64,000 nt of DNA, taken from positions 13,818-77,817 of the forward strand of contig JAVZCB010000006.1 in the NCBI GenBank assembly GCA_038874595.1. Direction: 5' to 3'. Source of the DNA: Candidatus Micrarchaeia archaeon (GTDB lineage Archaea > Micrarchaeota > Micrarchaeia > CAILAH01). A model generated the notes under the pieces. It made no database searches and was not told where the DNA came from. It was given only the letters and a program-made list of their open reading frames with translations. The translations under genes and the position numbers were made by a program. Shown here piece by piece: positions 40,099 to 50,218 of this stretch (the first letter of the stretch is position 1; the number at the start of each line of letters is the position of its first letter).

Positions 40099-41863
40099 AT
40101 GAAACCCATCAAGCAGGTATTGTTTTTTTTGTTGATTTATACCACGGTTGCTTTTTCGTACATTAATGAGGCATACCAGTGCCCAGGGTTACCTGAGGGC
40201 AGTCACGAGCGTGAGTATGATTGCATAATGGTTGGTGGAATGCCTTGCATGGCAACAACCATCCCTGGTGTATGCGAAGGCGAGCCGGACCCTAACCATC
40301 CTGAATGGGGGCCGGTTGCGTGGTGGAGTGTTTCTGATGGCACTGAGAAATGCAACTGCCCATATACGCTTGCAAACAAGTGCTACGGCAAGTATGATGA
40401 TCCTAATTTTTGCCCAAGAACAGTTTGCATTGGCACGACAATAAAGAAAAACGGTAGATGCGACCCTAAAACTGGGGGCTGCGCTTATGATGAAGGGTAC
40501 TGTGAATTTGGGTGCAATGCGGAAGGGACAGATTGTGCATTGGAAAAGCCAGCTAAACCATCTGAAGCTTACCAGAAAGGTGATGGCATATGCTCAATCA
40601 CCTTGGGTGAAAGGTGTGATAATAGCCCGCAGGATTGTATTTGTATAGGTGGCAAGTCGTGCAAGCCGAACGCCCAGGATGCGGATGATGCTGGGTGCGC
40701 ACGTGATATAAATAGCGAATGTGGTGACGAGTACCATTACTGCGATACAGCTGCTGGTGAGAATTGTGCAACGTGCAGTTCTGACTGCAAATGTGATGCC
40801 GGCTATGTGTGCAACCCAACCTCTGCGGATGCAAATTATATGGGCTGTGCAAGGATAGAAGCGAAAACGGAGGAGGGGGGAGATCGTATGTGGCAGTGAA
40901 GTATGCAAAAGGTTCTGCCTTAAGGATTACAGGTATGACATAAAAAGCGGCCAGTTGGTTCCTGCGGATTATTCAATGGTCCCTGTTAGATGCACTGAAG
41001 GAGTACGGTGTACTTATGCGCCGGCAATGTACTGCAAGACGGGTTGCAATAGCAATACAGGCAAGTGCCTGCCAGAAACTGCAAGTGCAGATGGGTGCAT
41101 TGAGGACGGTGAATATGTAATCCAGTCAAGTTCTGGTAAATTGCCGGTAAAGCGTGTAATCAACAGGGATGGTGCATCTGAAATAACAACATTACAGCTG
41201 CTAAACCACGCCAAGCACTGCGTTGGAGATTACATATCAACTGATGCGGATACGAAAGTTTGGATAAGGCACAAGAATGGCATGATTTCTTACATAGGGC
41301 CGGGCTCGCAGTATATTGACGGTGCGCGCGGCAAGAATGTTATAGAGGCAAAAGGCAAGGTGCAAGTAAAAAACCCAGGCGCACCAACCGAGGAGGAAAA
41401 AGGTATTGTTACGCTAGTTCCTCTGCAAATTGCCGCTGAGATACAACAAGGAACTGATTATGGTACTGTTTCCCATATTCATCCTGACTTGAGAGATTTC
41501 TACATAAAGAATACATTAAAGGGAGGTCCTATTGACATATGGATATATAACCAGCACTCTAACGTTATATACGAGATATATGATGACTACGAAACTGTAA
41601 CTGTGCTTGAAGGAGAAGTTGTTGCAATAGACCTGAAAACAAAGAAACAGTTTTCAATTACAGCCGGAAAACAGCTAACACACAAGCTCGGGCAAGAGGT
41701 TGGGCCAAACGTCGAGGAAAACATTAAAGATGTAGATTTAAATAAGATTGAAGATAACTCAACACCTCCAGAGCAAGGAGTAAGCACGAGCGGTGGTATA
41801 TGTACAATTGGGTTGAGTATGGTCTTGATTTTGGGAGGTCTCTATATAATAAAAAAGGATTGA
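40099..41863 (+). pseudogene. Cys-rich surface protein with FecR-like domain and C-terminal Cys-TM anchor, split by a frameshift at G6 (40875-40880)
   Basis: Deleting one G joins ORF 40099-40899 to ORF 40955-41863 through ...TEEGEIVCGSEVCKRFCLKDYRYDIKSGQLVPAD...; signal peptide only in the first part, anchor only in the second. Confidence 0.75.
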
Positions 41864-41881
41864 TTAAACAAAAACTTAATT

Positions 41882-42169
41882 TCACTTTTTTATTAAAATG
41901 AGCAATAGCAAGGTCCCTAGTATAAACGCACCTATTTTACATTCAATTGGATTTTTGATATCGCTCTTATCGATATGCCCTGAGTATTTATTAATGGTTT
42001 CAGCCGTGCAGTTTGAAACACATTCATTATAGCCTGGCTGTGGTTTCCAGCACCTGTCCCATTCCTTATCCCATTTTCCCTTGTAATCTTTGCAGCATTG
42101 CACCTCGCAATTTGTGCCTGCAAAAAGAAGGCCTGCAAGCAATACAAGTATCAGTATTGTTTTAAGCAT
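41882..42169 (-). CDS. Small secreted Cys-rich protein with C-terminal Cys-TM anchor
   Basis: MLKTILILVLLAGLLFA signal; ends CKIGAFILGTLLLLILIKK. Confidence 0.75.
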   Translation of the reverse strand: MLKTILILVLLAGLLFAGTNCEVQCCKDYKGKWDKEWDRCWKPQPGYNECVSNCTAETINKYSGHIDKSDIKNPIECKIGAFILGTLLLLILIKK

Positions 42170-42227
42170 ATTATCCCCCATAATAATATCTCTATTAATT
42201 TTAAAACAGGAAGCACGCATATTTAAT

Positions 42228-44921
42228 TTATAATCCAAACAGCTGCTTGGCCAGGTCAAACAAGTAATTGAAGATTCCTTTAAAGAAATCTAGCACCTGC
42301 TCGATAAATCCGGTTTTTTGGCCGCTTCCACCAGTTATGGTTGACGATTGTGATTCAACAATTGTTGAGAGTGTATACACGTCTAGCTTCCCTTTTTTAT
42401 ACTCACCATAGTACATTCCGGTTTCAGTGGCTTCCATACCCAACGGCATAACCTGCGAAAAACTACTCGCCTCAACAAGTGGATAACTTCTATCATAAAT
42501 CTTTATTCCCATAGGCTCGTGCAACTCCATTACGTATCTCCCGCCAGGGGAAACAGATACATAGGTTAAATCCTTATTTGCATAATGGCGCATCTTCCAA
42601 TTCTCATAATACGTTATGGTATTGTATTTCCATGCAACAAAATCATCAGAATCAACGTAATCTCCCAGGACAATTTCATCATTATATAGAATGCCTTCAT
42701 TATCTTTATGGCCCATATGCTGCAAGAGATGATATGTTGGTGAATTAAGCGTGTAAACACAGAACAAATTATTGCATTCGCCAGCAACACGATTTCTGGA
42801 AACACCCAACTTTCTTATAGTAGTATTATGTGTTCCCCCTTTACAGTCATCATATGCCGAAAGCATACACCCATCAATGTACCCATACCCAGGTGCGTAA
42901 AACCTGCCTGAGGAGGCTATAACATCAAGCAGCTCGGTCGCTGAAGAGTCAGTTAAACTTTCAGCATACTCCGGCCATTCCCACATCTCAATTACGTTTC
43001 CGTTTTGGTCAAAGAGGTATCCCTTAGGTGTTGTATCCCCTCTTTTTGCACTCTTTCTTGCTGCAATGCCCGCATACAACTTCGAGCCATCATATGCAGG
43101 TATAAGAGTTGATGCTTGCTTTCCTAAGCATATGCTATTTGTTCGGTATGAATATATCTCATTGCCGTTTGAAAGGTCATATGCATAAATCTTGCAGAAC
43201 AAGTCTGTTTTATCTACTGTTAAAACGTATGCATATTTGCCATTCTTGCTGAATTTGATTATGTGCGGTACTTCATTCTGGTAAGTTTTCGACCATAAAA
43301 GATTGGATTTGTTAAGCAGTACATAATCATCTATGGTGTCTGGTCTTAGGCATTTTATTTCCTGTGGAGGTAACCTGATATCAAATGCGCTCTCGCTTGT
43401 TGTAAAATTCCTTATGAGTGCAGTACAATTTTGGGAGGTTATCACAATCGTGCCGCGCGTGCCTTTTATAGGCGCACTTATTATCCCTTTTGCACTTTCT
43501 TCATTTGTCCCATTAATATTACCATACACCCCCCTATACTGCCCTTTATCGGTTAGGATATTGTACCATCCTTTTGATGGATAGCCAACATATATATCTT
43601 TGGGCTTTTCAACAAGTACAAAATCAACATACTTATAGATATAATGAGCGTGCGTTATATCGCTTCTATTATAATTGAACTGTATTGCTGTTGAGCTATC
43701 TAAGTAGCCTGTTTTGTGTGCTGTTAATGTATATTTACCCTCCATTGTAAATGGCCGCAGGTGCCTAAATGTATATGACCCATCTGCACGTGTTGTTACA
43801 GGTGTTTTGCCATTATCTATGTAAACGCTTGCGTTTGGGATTGGGTTCCCAAGCTCATCAGTAACCTTTCCTTCAACGATCAGAAATTGCGGATTTAGGT
43901 AAACTGTTTTGTAGTCTATCAAATTATTATCTGCATCTGTTATTTCAATCCTAACATAGTCCGGGTATGCGTCCAGGCAGAGCACTTCCGTGCTGAAAGG
44001 TATAGTTTCATTGGCGCTTATTGTGAAATCATTAAATGAATACCTCATATCCCCAAGGTAGTAGCTTATGTAATAATTGCCAGGTAGTTCACCGCGGTTT
44101 GTTACATTGACCTTAATTTCAAACTTATTTGTATACGGCTCAATACGACGATATATGATTGGGCCATCAAAAAATGCATCTGGTGGAAGTGGCAGGTCAT
44201 CAACTATTAGCTTATAACTATTGTATGAAGAATGCTCATCACCGGCTTCAACAATGTTTGAGTCTGAAGGCTCAACAACAACTTTTACAACATTGAACAT
44301 ATCCTTCTGGTGCTCCCAGGGTATGCTGAAGCTCTTTTCGTACCAGCAATTAGGATATGGAACATATGCTGGGTTGTAAGGAGTTATGCATGTTAGTTTT
44401 TCTGTGTGTATTAGCCTCATAGGAGGGTCAAGATTAACTTTGTCATCATAACCAGCATAGATGTAAACGTCTGCACTGTCTATATAAGCAAAACCAGCAT
44501 TGATTACACGGACATATAACCTCTTATCTTTCTCTATATATTTCACGGTGTCACTTGCAACAACCAAATCTGGTGCAAATGATTTATCATCCAGTGCACA
44601 TTCTTCTTCACATCTTTTTATGATAGGCACAATATATGCATTAATATCATGAGCGCATTGCAGCGATTTCATAACAGTCATAAAATCAGGCCCGCGAGTA
44701 ACATAACTTGCCCATGCATTAACAATATCCAAAAACATATCCTTTGTACCGTATGAGCACCATTTAGTTATAAATACGTAAGCAGGGTTTTGCCTCCACG
44801 CCAACGTATATGCGGCACATTGTGAAACGCAAATATCGTATTGGCTCGCAGTAGCCGCAGCATAGTATGAGCTTAACAAAACGCAAAGTACAACTAGGAT
44901 TTTGAAGTATCTCGCGGTCAT
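42228..44921 (-). CDS. Large secreted multidomain surface protein (CARDB/Ig-like, carboxypeptidase-regulatory-like, beta-propeller-like)
   Basis: Signal peptide; VRVINAG..IVEAGDE; VEGKVTDELGNPIPNASV..DGSYTF..YTLTAHKTGY; amphipathic C-terminus. Confidence 0.7.
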   Translation of the reverse strand: MTARYFKILVVLCVLLSSYYAAATASQYDICVSQCAAYTLAWRQNPAYVFITKWCSYGTKDMFLDIVNAWASYVTRGPDFMTVMKSLQCAHDINAYIVPIIKRCEEECALDDKSFAPDLVVASDTVKYIEKDKRLYVRVINAGFAYIDSADVYIYAGYDDKVNLDPPMRLIHTEKLTCITPYNPAYVPYPNCWYEKSFSIPWEHQKDMFNVVKVVVEPSDSNIVEAGDEHSSYNSYKLIVDDLPLPPDAFFDGPIIYRRIEPYTNKFEIKVNVTNRGELPGNYYISYYLGDMRYSFNDFTISANETIPFSTEVLCLDAYPDYVRIEITDADNNLIDYKTVYLNPQFLIVEGKVTDELGNPIPNASVYIDNGKTPVTTRADGSYTFRHLRPFTMEGKYTLTAHKTGYLDSSTAIQFNYNRSDITHAHYIYKYVDFVLVEKPKDIYVGYPSKGWYNILTDKGQYRGVYGNINGTNEESAKGIISAPIKGTRGTIVITSQNCTALIRNFTTSESAFDIRLPPQEIKCLRPDTIDDYVLLNKSNLLWSKTYQNEVPHIIKFSKNGKYAYVLTVDKTDLFCKIYAYDLSNGNEIYSYRTNSICLGKQASTLIPAYDGSKLYAGIAARKSAKRGDTTPKGYLFDQNGNVIEMWEWPEYAESLTDSSATELLDVIASSGRFYAPGYGYIDGCMLSAYDDCKGGTHNTTIRKLGVSRNRVAGECNNLFCVYTLNSPTYHLLQHMGHKDNEGILYNDEIVLGDYVDSDDFVAWKYNTITYYENWKMRHYANKDLTYVSVSPGGRYVMELHEPMGIKIYDRSYPLVEASSFSQVMPLGMEATETGMYYGEYKKGKLDVYTLSTIVESQSSTITGGSGQKTGFIEQVLDFFKGIFNYLFDLAKQLFGL

Positions 44922-44968
44922 GCTTTAGCATCTCCAAAAAAATTTAAGAATTTAAAATAAAGCAAAAG

Positions 44969-45934
44969 CTACATTACAATCGCCCTGTTCATTGGGAATG
45001 TTGTTCCGTGCTTTATGTCCGTTGACCCTACTACATATTGAATTACTCTGCTTAGCCCTATCCCGCAACCCGCATGCGGTACGTTCCCGTATACTTTAAG
45101 ATGTTCTAAATACCAATCAAATGCCTTTATGCTACCGCCCTTGCTTTCAAGCCTCTTTAACATGGGCGATTCTCTTAATCTTCTGTATACGTTTTCATAT
45201 GTGTACTCTCTTTCAGCAGCACCTACGCATTCACCACCAAGAGGTACTATTAAATCTGCACTGTTCACCAACTCTGGCCGGGCAGCATTCTCACGCATAT
45301 TGAAGAATTTTATTGCTTTTGGGAAATGTGTTATGAAAGTTGGCAAATTATCGTATTGCTTAACAATGTATTGCTCATGCGCTGATTTTAAATCATCTCC
45401 CCATTTTAATCCAAATGGTTTTTCTAGCATGGTAATTGCATCGTCATAAGATATTCTCTGAAAATTGTCTATCGCCCTCTCTAATTCGTTTGGATTGCCC
45501 CCAACCTTGATTATACTCTCTCTTGCACTATATAATACATTACTAAACATACTGCTAACGGTTGCTTCAATCTCCCTTAATAGCCCTTCAAAATCCGTCT
45601 CAAGCTCAATCTCAACAAGTGTAAATTCGGTCAGGTGCCTTTCATCAACCTCCGGTTCTGCCCTGAAACTTGGGCCTATTGTATATGTCTTTTTTAATTG
45701 AGGAATAAGCGATTCAAGATACAGCTGCCCTGTCTGGCTGAGGTATGTTTTCTCTCCAAAGTAATCAACTTCAAAAAGGGTATCTATGTTCTCACATGCC
45801 CCTGTTGCTCTAGTTATGTGAGGCACACTTACCTCATGATATCCTTTACGTGCGAAATACTGCCTCGCCCCATGCAGCATTGCAGACTCAATTCTTGCAA
45901 TGTGTTCCGTTTTCCCATTCATTTTCCAGGACAT
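44969..45934 (-). CDS. AsnRS-related asparagine synthetase (class IIb catalytic core, no anticodon domain)
   Basis: GACE, YLSQTGQLYLE, FRAE..RHLTEF, PHAGCGIGLSR; only 321 aa. Confidence 0.75.
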   Translation of the reverse strand: MSWKMNGKTEHIARIESAMLHGARQYFARKGYHEVSVPHITRATGACENIDTLFEVDYFGEKTYLSQTGQLYLESLIPQLKKTYTIGPSFRAEPEVDERHLTEFTLVEIELETDFEGLLREIEATVSSMFSNVLYSARESIIKVGGNPNELERAIDNFQRISYDDAITMLEKPFGLKWGDDLKSAHEQYIVKQYDNLPTFITHFPKAIKFFNMRENAARPELVNSADLIVPLGGECVGAAEREYTYENVYRRLRESPMLKRLESKGGSIKAFDWYLEHLKVYGNVPHAGCGIGLSRVIQYVVGSTDIKHGTTFPMNRAIVM

Positions 45935-46055
45935 TATACCACCTGTTGGGATATTCCTGGAATTGTTGATACCTTTTTATGGAAAAATTCCTTACTTAAA
46001 TGAAGTTTTATACATATGAGTAAACTTTTAAATTGGATTAATTAGAATATCTTCC

Positions 46056-47321
46056 ATGACAGTGGTGCAAATTCAATCCACATCGAGTTGTGATTTGCAG
46101 GTTAAAGCGCTTTTATCATCCCTAAGGAAGAAAAATATAACTAGTGAGCAGGAAAAAGTTGTTCACGAAATAGCTCAATCATTAACTAGAAGCATAACGG
46201 ATAAAGATATGCTGAAAGATGCCCTATCAACATTAGAAGAAATAGCCTTGAGTTCCAAGTTCAAATTTGAACAACTAGGTTTGTTGAAGTTCATTGTTGA
46301 TAAAACATCTAACTATTCATGGAGTGCCCTTTATGCCCTTAGCTTCATAATTGAAAGCCCGCATTTTAATGAGAAGGAGTGGAATGTTTTGGAGCAGCTA
46401 CTTAAAAAAGCACCAGGAAATGTAGAGGCAGTTTTATGGGAGATTGAGTCTTCGGTTCGTTCCCCTGCGGGAAGGTCCTGGAAACTTATCACATTTGTTC
46501 TTGAGAAATCACAGAAAGAGAATAATCCTTTAAAACTCTTAAAATCTCTGAACGCCATTGCTGAGAATAAGGATTTTAACATAAAAAGCGTACTTGAGAT
46601 GTATAGTACTGGGGAGAAACTTGCAAGAGAGTTAGGAGCGTCATTTAACGATCCTTTGGTTTGTGTTAGTTTTGCTTATTCAATATCTGTGATAGGCGAG
46701 AAGAAGACACGCGAGTTGTACTCAAAAACAGGTATCGAATACTTTGCCAGATACTCAAAGGATATGCTGAAGGAGGTATATTCAAATTTAAGTAAGGAAA
46801 CAAAAGCACCCGTCCTTGTTGTTGCATTTAACAAGTATGATATTAATGGCGTATTCTATAAAGAAGGCAGGAGGCTGGACAGTTTTCTCAAAAGTAATTA
46901 TAAGATTTTGATTTTTGAGTGCGCTTCTGAGAATGAGTTTTATAATAAAGTAGAGAGTTTTGCAAAAAATGGCAAAATACATACATTAATAATAGGAGGG
47001 CACGGGGAGCCACATAAGATTATGCTTGGTGGTAACACGGACAGTGCCAGGTTGGACCTGGGCGATGAGAAGGAATTGATTAAGATAAAAAAACATTTTA
47101 TCAAAAATCCAAAAATAATCTTAGTGGCATGTTCTACAGGCAAGGATAATAATTCTATGGGCGCAGTTATATCCCGTGTTATGGATGCAACAGTGTTTGC
47201 ACCCCCAAAGCCAGATCATACTACCGAATATGTTATAGGCAAGGATGGCTTAATAAAAAACGTTAAATATACGGGGCCAACAAAGAAATTCCTAGGAAAT
47301 ATACCTAGAAAGAACGAATAA
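46056..47321 (+). CDS. Helical-repeat protein with C-terminal caspase/C80-like His-Cys domain
   Basis: LIIGGHG and IILVACSTG motifs; no signal peptide. Confidence 0.55.
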   Translation: MTVVQIQSTSSCDLQVKALLSSLRKKNITSEQEKVVHEIAQSLTRSITDKDMLKDALSTLEEIALSSKFKFEQLGLLKFIVDKTSNYSWSALYALSFIIESPHFNEKEWNVLEQLLKKAPGNVEAVLWEIESSVRSPAGRSWKLITFVLEKSQKENNPLKLLKSLNAIAENKDFNIKSVLEMYSTGEKLARELGASFNDPLVCVSFAYSISVIGEKKTRELYSKTGIEYFARYSKDMLKEVYSNLSKETKAPVLVVAFNKYDINGVFYKEGRRLDSFLKSNYKILIFECASENEFYNKVESFAKNGKIHTLIIGGHGEPHKIMLGGNTDSARLDLGDEKELIKIKKHFIKNPKIILVACSTGKDNNSMGAVISRVMDATVFAPPKPDHTTEYVIGKDGLIKNVKYTGPTKKFLGNIPRKNE

Positions 47322-47381
47322 TAAAATTAATTTCATGGAAATAACACAACATAAACAGTAGTACGTATTATTAATGGCTAT

Positions 47382-49148
47382 CTACATGATAGCAGTATCG
47401 GTTCTAATGTTCATAGTATCATAAAGTTCCTGCAACAATTGAAGCTCCTTTTTCATATTATGATTTTTTGGGTTGTGCTTAATGAACAGGCCCCCAAACT
47501 CTTCGATTATGCCGTCCTCATCTTTACGGTCTCCTATCATTATTACCTCGTTTAACTTTGCATATTTAGATAACTTCATGAAAGGCAGTTTGGTCTTCTT
47601 ATCACCACCAACACTTTCGCTATCAATAATCTCAAAAATCATATCTTTGAAAGGGGACTTTGCCAGCTCTGCACGTAGTTTCTCCGTATTTGCATTGCTC
47701 ACAACGATGTTTTTCATGCCAAGTGATTGCGAGAACCTGAATAAATCAAGGGCATCCTTATACTCAAGGTAATCAATTGAAATGCTATGCATCTCTTTTG
47801 CAGTTGAAACTATCTCTTTATTATCAACATTTATACTCATCAGGTTAAGCAATTCCTTCTCAAATTCGCCCCACCTATGCCTTCTTATATCCCCATTGTA
47901 GCTACCTCTCATTTCTTTAACACGCCTATATAGCTCAAGATACTGCTGTGCGGTAATATTTGTATTAAATTTCTTGTTAAGATATTCCGCAAGCACGGTG
48001 GCACATTTGTTATAGCTTTTCTCAAAATCAACAAGCGTATTGCCCCAATCAATGCAAAGGGCAGTATATGGCCAATTATCCTTTTTAAATTTAAGATGTG
48101 TGGTTTTTTCTGAGATTTCTTTTATCCTATCAAGTAATGTGTAATCTGGCCCAAACGCATCGTTCCCAACTATGTTTAGTTTAGGATTGAAATCCTTATC
48201 CAGCAGCATAAGGTTTGCAAATGCACCCTCCTCTATGCGGGCATCCTCAAATACCCCGTATCCGCTTGTAATGCAAGCTTCTACTTCTTCTAAGATAATG
48301 CCCTTTGCTTTACATAATATGCCCAGCTGCTTGTACTGCGAAAACGTTCTTCCTGTGGCCAAGCCATCAGTCGAGATGTTTACCCTTATCTTATTTTCCA
48401 GGAGTTCTTCAATAGGCGGCAGCCTATTTTTCAACCATAAGCTTGATACAGGGGATATGGCGACAATAGCATTTGCCTTTTTAATGAGCATAATCTCCTT
48501 ATCTGTAAGATAATTGCAGTTTGCTAAAATTGTTTTTTCGGTTAAGAGGCCCGCCTCATACAATCTTTCAATAGGTGTTATCCCATAACGTTTGTAAGAG
48601 CTCTCAATTTCAGGTATTGTCTCGTTTATGTGTATAGTTAAGATTTTACCTTTAAGTGAACTGAGCTGTGTAATAGTATCCTCATCAATCCTATCAAGTG
48701 AATGTACCCAAACGGCCTGGTAAGATTTTGACCTTTCTATGAAATTATTGAGATAACCTGACAATTTAGGTGAGTTCATAAGAGGGTATCCGCTTATCAG
48801 TGATAGCCTATTATTAGTAGAATAATAGATGCTGCGGCCAACCAACGCTGCGCGGATACCAAACCCTTCAGCCAGCTTCCCCGTCAGTATCTCGGTTTCC
48901 TTTCGGTATAAATCTGCATTTTTTAGGAAGTATTCATCACCATATTTTAGATATTCCGAAAGAGAGAGTGATGGCAAGTTTAGAAAAATAGACTCGCCAA
49001 GGTGCATATGCAGGTTTACCGTTCTTGGTTTTATGATTAAGTCTTTATTGTGGTTGAAAGGGGTAATCCTGGCAATAACACCATTTTCATCTATAGATAT
49101 TTTCACTTTTTCCTCTTCAAGTATCCCCTCAATATCCAAGCTATTCAC
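47382..49148 (-). CDS. Amidohydrolase (MTA/SAH-deaminase-like) fused to a HAD hydrolase
   Basis: NLHMH, HINET, STDG; then DWGNTL, VSNA, IGDRKDED. Confidence 0.75.
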   Translation of the reverse strand: MNSLDIEGILEEEKVKISIDENGVIARITPFNHNKDLIIKPRTVNLHMHLGESIFLNLPSLSLSEYLKYGDEYFLKNADLYRKETEILTGKLAEGFGIRAALVGRSIYYSTNNRLSLISGYPLMNSPKLSGYLNNFIERSKSYQAVWVHSLDRIDEDTITQLSSLKGKILTIHINETIPEIESSYKRYGITPIERLYEAGLLTEKTILANCNYLTDKEIMLIKKANAIVAISPVSSLWLKNRLPPIEELLENKIRVNISTDGLATGRTFSQYKQLGILCKAKGIILEEVEACITSGYGVFEDARIEEGAFANLMLLDKDFNPKLNIVGNDAFGPDYTLLDRIKEISEKTTHLKFKKDNWPYTALCIDWGNTLVDFEKSYNKCATVLAEYLNKKFNTNITAQQYLELYRRVKEMRGSYNGDIRRHRWGEFEKELLNLMSINVDNKEIVSTAKEMHSISIDYLEYKDALDLFRFSQSLGMKNIVVSNANTEKLRAELAKSPFKDMIFEIIDSESVGGDKKTKLPFMKLSKYAKLNEVIMIGDRKDEDGIIEEFGGLFIKHNPKNHNMKKELQLLQELYDTMNIRTDTAIM

Positions 49149-50218
49149 CTTGGTTTCAGGATGATTGTTGGTAAGTAATCTTCGTGAACAAAGGTATTAT
49201 TTTTGCTAACATCATATACAATGTTTATATCATCAAAATAATTCAAGGCAATATTATTTAAGCTAGGACAGTAAGGGTCCCGTTCCAGCAGTGTCCTTCC
49301 CCATAATATGCGCCTGTCTATGGTACCCCCCATGCATTGGCTGGCCAAAGAGCATTTTGTACAGCGAACGGGTACTGGATTTTTCTCTAGTATTTCAAAC
49401 TTGAACGCCCGCAGTGATATGTTATCAGTAAATATATTGCTTGTCCTCCATGTGGCATCGATAAGATATGTTGAGGGGGTTATCTCACCATTTTCAAGAA
49501 TGCGCATTGAAGATTTGCCCACAAAATCCCCTTTATACTTGTTTTCTCTTAATATTGATGAAAATAGCACATCTGATATTGATACAACATAAGTATTCTG
49601 TAATAACCATTTCATAACTTTGTAAAATTGCAACGGCTCCACAACGTATTTTTTAAGCCCGGGGTAGGTTGGCCTTAGGATATTTATACGTATATTAGAG
49701 TTGTATTCACTGGCAAGCTTTAATATCAGTTCCATGTTATTTTCGTTAAAATTGATATTCATAGCAACCGTAACAATTGTTCTGCTTATGTTGTTGGAGT
49801 TGCATAAGTCAAGCGTGTCAACAGCGAGCTTCCACGCACCTTTAAATCCCCTGAAGTTATCATGGAGTTTGCTCTCACCAAAATCAATGCTAACATCTAC
49901 ATCGTTTAGCTTTTTTATTAGCTCAACGTGCTGCACAAATTTAGCTAAACTTCCATTTGTTGTTAACCCTTGCAAAATGCCAGTTTCAGTGGCACAGAAC
50001 TCAAAAAGCTTCCACCAGGTTTTATCCAGGACATTCTCACCAGTACCATAATTTATAGACTCAATGTATTGCTTGTTGCTCCTTATGAACATCTTGGCAA
50101 ATTTAAGCTTGTTATCTTTTTGAATGGAAGTTTCACATCTAACCTTCTTGCTGTAACAATGGCCACAGTGCATATTGCAACTGGAAGTATACCCCCATCC
50201 CAGTTTCCATTTTCTCAA
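49145..50218 (-). CDS. Radical SAM protein with SPASM/twitch domain
   Basis: CNMHCGHC, TTNG, SIDF, CTKC-x5-CMGG..DPYCP. Confidence 0.88.
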   Translation of the reverse strand: MRKWKLGWGYTSSCNMHCGHCYSKKVRCETSIQKDNKLKFAKMFIRSNKQYIESINYGTGENVLDKTWWKLFEFCATETGILQGLTTNGSLAKFVQHVELIKKLNDVDVSIDFGESKLHDNFRGFKGAWKLAVDTLDLCNSNNISRTIVTVAMNINFNENNMELILKLASEYNSNIRINILRPTYPGLKKYVVEPLQFYKVMKWLLQNTYVVSISDVLFSSILRENKYKGDFVGKSSMRILENGEITPSTYLIDATWRTSNIFTDNISLRAFKFEILEKNPVPVRCTKCSLASQCMGGTIDRRILWGRTLLERDPYCPSLNNIALNYFDDINIVYDVSKNNTFVHEDYLPTIILKPR

